Positions 36,368 to 44,363 of a DNA stretch of 64,000 bases are shown one piece after another (within the stretch, counting starts at the first letter, position 1; every line of letters starts with the position of its first letter). A model generated the notes under the pieces. It saw only the letters and a list, made by a program, of their open reading frames with translations. It was not told the origin of the DNA and searched no databases. Source of the DNA: a virus (Duplodnaviria; Caudoviricetes); IMG/VR virus record IMGVR_UViG_2974547928_000001, positions 1-64,000 of that record; one strand, written 5' to 3'. A program made the position numbers and the translations under genes.

Positions 36368-36452
36368 TGGCGGGTAGTGCAGGATTCGAACCTGCGTTGT
36401 TCTTTCGAACATGGATTAACAGTCCACCGCCAAACCGCTTGGCTAACTACCC
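36368..36452 (-). tRNA. tRNA-Asn(GUU) with long variable arm
   Basis: Loop CU-GUU-AA, G73; extra arm UGUUC-GAAA-GAACA. Confidence 0.88.
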
Positions 36453-36794
36453 TATAATCTGTATTAGAGGAACGTGTCCTTCAAAATAATAATCTTTTTG
36501 CGCTGTCATAACTTCTACACGATTGGCGTAGACTAGGAATGCGTCTTTATCCCCGATAAGCTCTGGACTCCATTGGTTCTCTAGACCATAACATGAGCAG
36601 TGACTACCGTGAACTTCATAATAAAGACCTGTTAAATTATCTTTAAAATATACTTCTGCGTACCCCTCATACTGTGGTTGGTTATATACTGCGTATATAA
36701 TAGTGATGTTTTCAAGAGAGCCCACTGGTAACTCAAATTGATCTTCTACATCACGAACATCTTTAAAATCACCTGCAAATATATTATCTAACAT
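36447..36794 (-). CDS. Conserved phage hypothetical protein; stop inside tRNA-Asn
   Basis: YEG.A...YEVHGSHCSCYGLENQW.PE motif. Confidence 0.8.
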   Translation of the reverse strand: MLDNIFAGDFKDVRDVEDQFELPVGSLENITIIYAVYNQPQYEGYAEVYFKDNLTGLYYEVHGSHCSCYGLENQWSPELIGDKDAFLVYANRVEVMTAQKDYYFEGHVPLIQIIG

Positions 36795-36817
36795 TGCTAG
36801 CTCCTAAATAAATTAAA

Positions 36818-36893
36818 TGGTACTTCGAACTGGGATCGAACCAGTGACCTCTCAGTTATCAGCCGAGTGCTCTACCTACTGAGCTATCGAAGT
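36818..36893 (-). tRNA. tRNA-Ile(GAU)
   Basis: Cloverleaf, CCA. Confidence 0.92.
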
Positions 36894-37061
36894 ATAAAAG
36901 CAACTTTGGGTGTTTCAGGGTTACTCGTTTGCACACACTACTATTAACCCTTGTTCGTATTAATGAGTGTGCCTAAGAGCGTACTCGTTGCTTTATGTAC
37001 TAGTAATACTTAGAGTATATGAATTTTGAAAGCCCTGCCGACTATATAGTATTACTAAATT

Positions 37062-37139
37062 TGGCATCGTAGAAGGGACTTGAACCCTCAGAGACCTACC
37101 TTGAAAGGGTAGTGACTTTACCAATTTGTCCACTACGAT
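37062..37139 (-). tRNA. Second tRNA-Glu(UUC)
   Basis: Loop CU-UUC-AA, G73, CCA. Confidence 0.88.
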
Positions 37140-37216
37140 ATAATACATTGTCGGGGAGTGCACAGAATGAAACTATTACTTCATTGATTGTGGACTTTAT
37201 TCCCCGACTTACAAGT

Positions 37217-37301
37217 TGGTGCAGGATCGTGGACTCGAACCACGGAACCCCGAGGGGTGGAGATTTACAGTCTCCTGTCATTGCCGCTAGACTAATCCTG
37301 C
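37217..37301 (-). tRNA. tRNA-Tyr(GUA)
   Basis: Long variable arm, CCA. Confidence 0.92.
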
Positions 37302-37306
37302 ATAAA

Positions 37307-37565
37307 AATAAATAAAGAATCTACTTTTGCGACTTACAAGTTGCCCGTAGTAGTAACCAGCTACTAAGATAGTATAGTTTACCTGATCGCCCCCTGAATA
37401 GTTACCTTTCGGTTAGGAATTCCCTCTGCCTTAATTTACAGAGAACCATAGCTGGTGTGGAATTGGTTTGTCCTATTACTATTAGGCTCTCCCGCAGTGC
37501 TCTTGTAAACACCCGTAACTTCGCAGTGACTTTTACTATCTCCAAAAGTAGATTTTTTATTTATT
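37307..37565 (-). ncRNA. Putative pseudoknotted RNA closed by a 23-bp terminal stem
   Basis: Arms 37307-37329 and 37543-37565 (1 mismatch); crossing helices; GAAA tetraloop; promoter 37590-37618. Confidence 0.6.
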
Positions 37566-37637
37566 CTTCCCTTAAACTTTATAATAGATATTATATTATA
37601 AATTTGAGCGTTTAGCAAGTAAAATTATAATATTTTA

Positions 37638-37714
37638 TGGTACGCCCTACAGGATTCGAACCTGTGACCCACAGCTTAGAAGGCTGTTGCTCTATCCAAC
37701 TGAGCTAAGGGCGC
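37638..37714 (-). tRNA. tRNA-Arg(UCU)
   Basis: argU-like cloverleaf, CCA. Confidence 0.94.
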
Positions 37715-37715
37715 A

Positions 37716-38470
37716 TCGTGTAGGGCAGATTAAAGAGATGCCCCAGCTCTACGGTTCCCTAAGGTAGTAGGGAATTACTAATGGGTTTTGGCTTTCTTCG
37801 TGTATAGTGCCTGCGATGCTTAATATATAAGCCCCAGTTATCTTGTTCTTATTAATATACTCCCGTAAACACTCTCATATATTAACAGTGTTACAACATA
37901 AGTGAGTTCGACACACCCATTTCGGGATTACACTACCACTTTCTCCAACATCCCATCATAGGCAGGGTGTCATGACTTATCCCTTACATGCCTAGGAAGC
38001 GTATGGGTTCCGCTATTAATGTTGGTGCCCCATGAAGTAGTATATCCCGAAATGGGAAGTGATCAGCTTCACATTTCCTAATTTAGTATTAGGGACTCAG
38101 TATAGTAGTTCGCGACCTAATATACTTATTCGTTGTTTTCTTTTGGTACCTTATTATCTGTTACTGGGAGTTGAACCCAGACGAGTAGATTTCGTTGCCA
38201 CTTTTATGCAGATAACTTAACGGATTTGCACCGCGATCCTCTGTCTACGCCTCTTGTACCAAGATACTTACCTTCTTCTGCATTAAACCGTAGTAAAATG
38301 CAAGGGTAGAGTTTACGGGGTGGTTAAGAGCCAAATTATACACTATGATAGTGAAACCCACAGATTCTATTCGTAATTAGCACAATGTACTTATATTACC
38401 AGCATAGTCTGCCTGCTGTACCCTGAAATCGTACTCTTAGAATTATTAATAATCCGTGTTCCGATTTAAT
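37716..38470 (-). ncRNA. Putative large (~750 nt) structured ncRNA
   Basis: No ORF of 60 aa or more; promoter 38477-38505; nested long-range helices; two T-loop hairpins. Confidence 0.62.
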
Positions 38471-38519
38471 ATAAATATTATATCAAAGTTTTTAGCATTT
38501 AGCAACTAAAAGTTTTCAG

Positions 38520-38804
38520 TTATTTGCTTTCGCATGTTAGGTGACGAACTTCTGATGCACCGAACCAATAACTATCACGACCATAAATAGTAGATCCTGG
38601 AGATATGCCACGGCGTGCAAAATATTCAGTCTCCCCAGTGACTCTAGAAACTCTTGATTTATCAAAGGTTAGTTTTTGATTATGACCACGATAGTCTATG
38701 TAACCAAAACAACGTACTGGTGTTGTTTCAGGTGGTACGTAACCAGTACAAGCGGCTACTGCTAGTGATAACGCAACCACTACACCTGCCAATAGTTTGT
38801 TCAT
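38520..38804 (-). CDS. Cor-like lipoprotein (possible superinfection exclusion)
   Basis: Lipobox VAAC, second Cys 13 residues later, size like Cor. Confidence 0.55.
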   Translation of the reverse strand: MNKLLAGVVVALSLAVAACTGYVPPETTPVRCFGYIDYRGHNQKLTFDKSRVSRVTGETEYFARRGISPGSTIYGRDSYWFGASEVRHLTCESK

Positions 38805-38805
38805 A

Positions 38806-39234
38806 TTAGTTCATCTCCATAAAGTCTTCAATAGCCTGTTTTGCGATCTTACCATCATACTGACCATTATAGTATTCTTTTAGAAACTTCATATGCGTTC
38901 CTAACGTGTCACCTGTAGAGTCAACAAGTACTTCTAGTAGATCATCGTATGTTAACTGTGATGGTAGAATCATATCATAAAGTTTCTGCTGTAAAGCAGG
39001 CATCTTGATTTCCGTGTCAATTTTACGTTCTCTAGCCTTAACTTTAGACTTTTCTAGGGCGCTGATTTGAGCTTTTGCGTACTTAATTAGCTGATCGTGC
39101 GATACAACTTCACCAAACTGGTACTGAAGTTCTGCTACCGCTGTGGATACAACTGTAACCCATTCTGTATCTTTTCTTAATCGTGCCTGTGCAATCTCAG
39201 CTCGAAGAAAGTCTAGCATATTTTCATCTTTCAT
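38806..39234 (-). CDS. YqeY/GatB-like tRNA-binding domain protein
   Basis: LPSQLT, G..MKFLKE.Y.GQYDGK.A motif. Confidence 0.7.
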   Translation of the reverse strand: MKDENMLDFLRAEIAQARLRKDTEWVTVVSTAVAELQYQFGEVVSHDQLIKYAKAQISALEKSKVKARERKIDTEIKMPALQQKLYDMILPSQLTYDDLLEVLVDSTGDTLGTHMKFLKEYYNGQYDGKIAKQAIEDFMEMN

Positions 39235-40085
39235 TATTTTGCTCCAAATTTAAGTGTTCTATGTAGTACTGGTGCTTCGTCAGTATTGCCTTGAGTCATC
39301 TTACCCTCACTAACAAAATACTTAGTTATTAGTGTATTGATCATTCGAAGTCCCAGAGTGTTTTCTTCATACTGATCTTTAACAATAGGTACTAACGTAT
39401 CTATTACCGATTGCTTATCTACATCTGGAAAAATACTTAAGTATTTGTCAAGTAAGGTGCTCTCTGTTAAGAAATTCAGCATACTAGGTAATGAGATTTT
39501 AGTAGTATTATAGATTAGTCCAACACGACCTAAGAATTCAGTTTTAATTCCCATATCGCGTAGCTTATCTAATGTTAGATTTTCAGCACCATTGAATGCC
39601 CCAGCAAATACATATAAAACATTATTTGTTGGTACTTCTACATACTTACCATAATCACCAAATACAGAAGTAGTCTCTGATTCTAGAATCTTCAAGAATT
39701 CATTCTGAACCCCATTTGTACTTTCATGAGCCAGCTCACTATTAGTATTACCAGAGATGAACAGTTTATCAAATTCGTCCACAAATACTATTGTTGGTTT
39801 ACCAGCCCGCTCTCTAAGAGGACTTAGTGCTTTTGATAAACTGTTTCCAGATACCCCTTCTTTAGTTAGCTGAGCTGCGTTAATTTCAAGGAAACCAACT
39901 TTTGCTATAGCTGCCAGTGCTTGAATAAGGAAGGATTTTCCAGACCCCGAGGCACCAGATAACATAAAGTGTGGTCGTAGCTCGCCCTTAGATACTTTAA
40001 ATATCTCAACAATTCTAGAAAGCTCCCTATATAAATCTTCCTGCTCTGGTACAGGGGCAAACTGCTTTTCCTTAGACATGAACAT
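39234..40085 (-). CDS. ClpX/HslU-like AAA+ ATPase
   Basis: GASGSGKS, VFVDEFDK, GVQNEFLKILE, AGAF, EFLGR. Confidence 0.85.
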   Translation of the reverse strand: MFMSKEKQFAPVPEQEDLYRELSRIVEIFKVSKGELRPHFMLSGASGSGKSFLIQALAAIAKVGFLEINAAQLTKEGVSGNSLSKALSPLRERAGKPTIVFVDEFDKLFISGNTNSELAHESTNGVQNEFLKILESETTSVFGDYGKYVEVPTNNVLYVFAGAFNGAENLTLDKLRDMGIKTEFLGRVGLIYNTTKISLPSMLNFLTESTLLDKYLSIFPDVDKQSVIDTLVPIVKDQYEENTLGLRMINTLITKYFVSEGKMTQGNTDEAPVLHRTLKFGAK

Positions 40086-40091
40086 GTCTCC

Positions 40092-40523
40092 TTAAAGTGA
40101 ATAAAATTTGTGCCCGCCTATCTGTTTTAAATAGGTTAGCTTACTATGGTATCCTAAAGGTTTACCGCTATGGAAAAAGAGTGCTTCTGGTACTACAGGT
40201 TTTACCCACTTTCCAAAGTAGTAATAAGATAGCGCTACCTTTTGGGATCTCTCCCACATATCAGGTTCTTTAATAGGATACTTACTTCTAGTCCATGCAA
40301 ACTGATGTGGTTGGTATATGATTTCACACGCAGTGTCCTTTTTAAACACTGGACTATGAACCCTATTAAATGTTACTTCTGCTACTGCGTATAATCCATC
40401 CAGTGGCTCTGCTCTAGCCTCATAGTAAATATTCTCTGTTAAACAATGGACTTCTTCATTTACTAGACCAGGAGCATTAAATAGTAATGTCCCTATAAAA
40501 AATGCTATATTTGTTGTTAGCAT
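40092..40523 (-). CDS. Cell wall hydrolase (SleB family)
   Basis: CL..NIYYEARAE, AVAEV..NRV, QFAW, IGGHKFY; start at 40523 after GGAGG. Confidence 0.88.
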   Translation of the reverse strand: MLTTNIAFFIGTLLFNAPGLVNEEVHCLTENIYYEARAEPLDGLYAVAEVTFNRVHSPVFKKDTACEIIYQPHQFAWTRSKYPIKEPDMWERSQKVALSYYYFGKWVKPVVPEALFFHSGKPLGYHSKLTYLKQIGGHKFYSL

Positions 40524-40590
40524 TGTACCCTCCTCTACTAAAGGCGTTCCCTTAGTAGAGGGGACTCTAAAGAATCCCCTAAATGCTAAA

Positions 40591-40881
40591 TTATAATCCG
40601 TAAGATTCAGCAACGCGCAACATAGTTGCATTACTTGTATCAATTGACGGAACTGCACGAGCCAAGAATTTGTAAATCTTAGTTAATCCAGAAAAACGAT
40701 CACTAACCTGAGTAATAGTTACTGTTCTACGCTCTTTTGGGTGTTTACTACCTAGCATTGCTCGGTCTGTACGACGCTTTAATGCTTTTAAATTTTGCAG
40801 ATGCTGTGTAAAATGGGCTTGCTCTTCTACCGACATATCCGCCATTACTTGTTCGATTTCTTGTTTAGTTAACTCTTCCAT
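40591..40881 (-). CDS. Hypothetical protein
   Basis: GAGG RBS, own promoter. Confidence 0.75.
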   Translation of the reverse strand: MEELTKQEIEQVMADMSVEEQAHFTQHLQNLKALKRRTDRAMLGSKHPKERRTVTITQVSDRFSGLTKIYKFLARAVPSIDTSNATMLRVAESYGL

Positions 40882-40943
40882 ATTTTAAGTCCTCTGTTTG
40901 TTTAATTTATAAATATTATACGTTAATTTAAGCGCTATGTCAA

Positions 40944-41702
40944 TTACAATTTTTCAATAATTAAGTGATTGAAGATTGTTTCGTTTAGGCTATCAAACAA
41001 TGCATCGTGCCAGTTTGGTACAAAGGATAGTTTAGCCATAAAGTCAGAAGATACTTTAGTTGCTAGTTCTCGCATAATAAAACTAGATGCTGAATTAGCA
41101 CCAGCCTCCGCTTCTTTTTCTAGAGAGAAATATTCACTATCTTCCATATTAGCTCGTGCTAATGCCTTTAAAGTTCTAGAGCTACCAACTTCGTTAAAGT
41201 GGTAAGGCATGCAATCAACTTTAGGGAATTCAGAAGCCATAAATGCTTCGTAAATAACCATATCGAAGTCCGGTCCGTTGCCTACTGCGTGAATCTTACC
41301 GTACTCGCTACGAGCTTCGGCTACCTGTTTAATAAATGTACTAATAAGGTATTCTAGATCATGCGTTTCTGTTGTGACAGTTACTACATCACCCATAGTA
41401 CCATTGTACATAAGCATACCAACTGGTTCTTCTAAAGTCCATCCCAAGGTTTGTGCGTCACGCACAGGCTCGGAAATCATGTCACTATCTAACCACCATT
41501 CTAATGTCTCGAAACCTACATGATAACCACGAAGCGTTTGTAAGTGTGCAGGCAGACGAACATATAATGTAGCCATCTCCCCAGTAGGTGTCATTAGCAC
41601 GAATGCAAAGGACGTCATGTTTACAATTTTACCATCTAAGGATGCGTCTTTTGGACGTGATAATGTTTCAATATCTAAACCTAATAGTGTTAGTTGTTTC
41701 AT
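40944..41702 (-). CDS. DEDDh 3'-5' exonuclease-like protein
   Basis: LDIETL, GNGPDFD, HDALFD. Confidence 0.78.
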   Translation of the reverse strand: MKQLTLLGLDIETLSRPKDASLDGKIVNMTSFAFVLMTPTGEMATLYVRLPAHLQTLRGYHVGFETLEWWLDSDMISEPVRDAQTLGWTLEEPVGMLMYNGTMGDVVTVTTETHDLEYLISTFIKQVAEARSEYGKIHAVGNGPDFDMVIYEAFMASEFPKVDCMPYHFNEVGSSRTLKALARANMEDSEYFSLEKEAEAGANSASSFIMRELATKVSSDFMAKLSFVPNWHDALFDSLNETIFNHLIIEKL

Positions 41703-41741
41703 TAATGCTCCTAAGTTAATGTAAGAAATCTATCAAAGCCA

Positions 41742-41927
41742 TCACTTTGATAGATCCCCTAGAGGATCTACTTTATTGTCTAGCTCATAATGGTAGGCTT
41801 CATCTACCATATCTTCATACTCGTCCCAACAATCTAAAATATTGGGACGTTCTCTAGCGTAGTCTTTTAGAGAGCGGTGTGCACCGCCCTTGTTAAAGTC
41901 ATGCTTTGCTACCAGATTTCTTTCCAC
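41742..41927 (-). CDS. Small conserved phage protein
   Basis: NLVAKHDFNKGGAH motif. Confidence 0.65.
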   Translation of the reverse strand: MERNLVAKHDFNKGGAHRSLKDYARERPNILDCWDEYEDMVDEAYHYELDNKVDPLGDLSK

Positions 41928-42249
41928 GACGTGTTCCTTTCTTTTTGCGATCTTCTAAGGCATTTTCCTTAGAGATTTCCCAAATCTCTTTATTTGGGGA
42001 GTCCTTAGATGAAGAAGAAAACTCTGTTTTAGCACCAGTAGCATCGTACACCCAGTGCTTTTTAGCAGGGAAGTTACCTTTAACTTTAGGAGCTTTACGG
42101 ATAGCCCCTTCTTTAGGGGCGTTAGCCGTTTGGGCATCGTTCTCATGCTTCTTCATATGGCGTGCGATACGCTGTTCACGGCGTTTTTGCGTTGCCAGAA
42201 CTTTAGCATCTACTTTAACTTCTACGTTCGCTTGTGGTTTCTTAGCCAT
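41899..42249 (-). CDS. Basic hypothetical protein
   Basis: AAGGA RBS; RIARH.KKH.ND.Q motif. Confidence 0.75.
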   Translation of the reverse strand: MAKKPQANVEVKVDAKVLATQKRREQRIARHMKKHENDAQTANAPKEGAIRKAPKVKGNFPAKKHWVYDATGAKTEFSSSSKDSPNKEIWEISKENALEDRKKKGTRRGKKSGSKA

Positions 42250-42382
42250 TATTTAGTTTCCTTTTAGTTGTTTGGAGACCTATCTGCAAATAGGTCATTA
42301 AAATACATTTGATTGTTAACTCAATTTATAAGATATATTATACGTTCTTTTTAGAAGTTTTGCAACTAAAATTTTAAATTAT

Positions 42383-42868
42383 TTACATTCGCAGATCTAG
42401 TTCTCTATCTGAGATTCGGATTTGAGTAAGCTCATCAGCTTCTTCATTTCCTTGTATGCCAGAGTGACCTTTTACATGAGTTAAGGTTACTGTAATACTG
42501 TTATTATTAAAGTACTGCTGTAGCTCTCTGTCTATTAATTCCCATAGATCTTGGTTAGCTACAGGCTCTCCACTTGCTTTCTTCCAACCTTTACGTTTCC
42601 ACCCAGGTAACCACTTTGTTATGGCGTCAATAGAGAACTTTGAGTCTGTTAGGATCTCACATTTCTTCTTATGCTTATTCACAAACCTTAAAGCTTCTAG
42701 TATGGCTTGCATCTCCATCCGAATATTGGTTGTGATTTCTTCGGCATAGTTTGATTTTGTGCCTACTTTATGACCAAGGGCATCATATACTACAAATGCC
42801 CATGCCCCTACTCCAGGGTTTCCGTGACATCCCCCATCTGTATATATTTCTAACATTTGTATCTCCAT
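42383..42868 (-). CDS. rnh: Ribonuclease HI
   Basis: YTDGGC.GNPG, TN.RME, TDS, HVKGHSG..GNE.AD. Confidence 0.95.
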   Translation of the reverse strand: MEIQMLEIYTDGGCHGNPGVGAWAFVVYDALGHKVGTKSNYAEEITTNIRMEMQAILEALRFVNKHKKKCEILTDSKFSIDAITKWLPGWKRKGWKKASGEPVANQDLWELIDRELQQYFNNNSITVTLTHVKGHSGIQGNEEADELTQIRISDRELDLRM

Positions 42869-42954
42869 TTATTTAGTAAATATTATCTCAAATATTCTAC
42901 AAGATGTCAACTAAAATATTTGAGATAATAGCCCTTTCGGGCTATTATAATAGT

Positions 42955-43824
42955 TTAGACTGTAAATGGATGTCTAATTGCTGGCTGTGGTACATAATTA
43001 ACTACTTGAAAATCTTCAATAGTTGCTCTATACAGTACATCATCTAGGGTTTGAATTCTATCGGATATTACTAATCCAGGCTGGATATCAGAGGGTGTTC
43101 TAGATAACTGCTCCATAATTGTAGGAATTTGGTTCTCATAGATATGGGCATTGGTTATCTTATGATACGCTTTTCCTGCCTTAATGCCCGTTACTCTACT
43201 CATAATGTCTAACAATGTATAACATTGCACAGTGTTAAATGCTAATCCTAGAGGTACGTCACAGCTTCGCTGGTATGAAGTTAAGAATAATCGATCTCCT
43301 AGAATAGAGAAGTTATGGGTATGCATACATGGGCGTAGGCATCCTTGGTCGAATTCTCCTGGGTTCCAGAAGGTAATTATTTCCCCTCTATCGTCTATGC
43401 CTTCTTTTAGGTTATTATATACTTTTATCAGTTGGTCTGTAGTCTTATAATCTGGAGCTAAGGCTGGGTCGATAGACCTCCATTCACGTCCTTGAACACC
43501 ATAGACCCTACCCATGTCTCCGTGACCTTTACGGTTAGGATTTGCTAACCATGCCTGATTTTCATTAGCATTAGCGTGCCAAGTGTTACACCCTATTTCT
43601 GCAAACTGATCGGCATTACTGTACCCACGTAGGTACCCTAGCAATTCAGCGATAGCTGCATTGGGGTACATCTTACGTGTCGTTAATAAAGGAAACTCTC
43701 CTGCGCCTACATCGTATTCTAGAGACGCGTCTATAACAGTTTTACAGCGAACCCCCGTTCGCTTGTTTTCTACCCATTCTCCAGAATCTATAATTCTCTG
43801 CGCTAATTCTAGGTACTGTTTCAT
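42955..43824 (-). CDS. thyA: Thymidylate synthase
   Basis: FPLLTTRK, LRPC, YQRSCDVPLG, HIY. Confidence 0.96.
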   Translation of the reverse strand: MKQYLELAQRIIDSGEWVENKRTGVRCKTVIDASLEYDVGAGEFPLLTTRKMYPNAAIAELLGYLRGYSNADQFAEIGCNTWHANANENQAWLANPNRKGHGDMGRVYGVQGREWRSIDPALAPDYKTTDQLIKVYNNLKEGIDDRGEIITFWNPGEFDQGCLRPCMHTHNFSILGDRLFLTSYQRSCDVPLGLAFNTVQCYTLLDIMSRVTGIKAGKAYHKITNAHIYENQIPTIMEQLSRTPSDIQPGLVISDRIQTLDDVLYRATIEDFQVVNYVPQPAIRHPFTV

Positions 43825-44363
43825 TATTGCATCTCCATTATCATTGATGTGAATTCTGTGTCTACCTCAACTATGGTACGTCTATGCGCTAGGTTATCAA
43901 AGATAAGGTTTAACTGAGCCATATCTAGATATGTATCAGCTTTCATAGGCTCATAGGACAAGGTTCTAGGGTTAACCATAGATAGGTGCATAACTGATAT
44001 ATACATCTTATCTACCAGCTCTACCATACACGTAAGGATGGTATTGAGAATAAATGCCCCACCAATAACAGATACTTTACCGTCTAGAGAGGTTAGTATG
44101 TCATACAACATTTTTGCATTTTCTTTTGGGGAAAGTCCACGCCCTAAATCTATGATTTTTAATACTGCTACTTCTTTAAGCCTGTCAACTACTGCCTTGG
44201 GAAGTGAATTAAATGTGGTGCTACCCATAGCTATGTAGTCAGGATTTTCAGACTTAAGACCTTTCCAGAATGTCTCTAACTCTTTGGGAATACTGCCCCA
44301 AGGCAGCTTCCCGTTTAATCCGAACTCCCCTGCACTACCTACTGCAAAGTGTAATGAAATCAA
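43824..44363 (-). CDS. frd: Dihydrofolate reductase
   Basis: G..GKLPW, MGSTTF.SLP, VIGG, ADTY. Confidence 0.88.
   Translation of the reverse strand: MISLHFAVGSAGEFGLNGKLPWGSIPKELETFWKGLKSENPDYIAMGSTTFNSLPKAVVDRLKEVAVLKIIDLGRGLSPKENAKMLYDILTSLDGKVSVIGGAFILNTILTCMVELVDKMYISVMHLSMVNPRTLSYEPMKADTYLDMAQLNLIFDNLAHRRTIVEVDTEFTSMIMEMQ

Noticed and set aside
37062-37139. Possible UCA (opal/Sec) suppressor reading of CTTTCAAGG
   Set aside because: Stem CUACC/GGUAG centres the loop CU-UUC-AA, so the anticodon is UUC (Glu)
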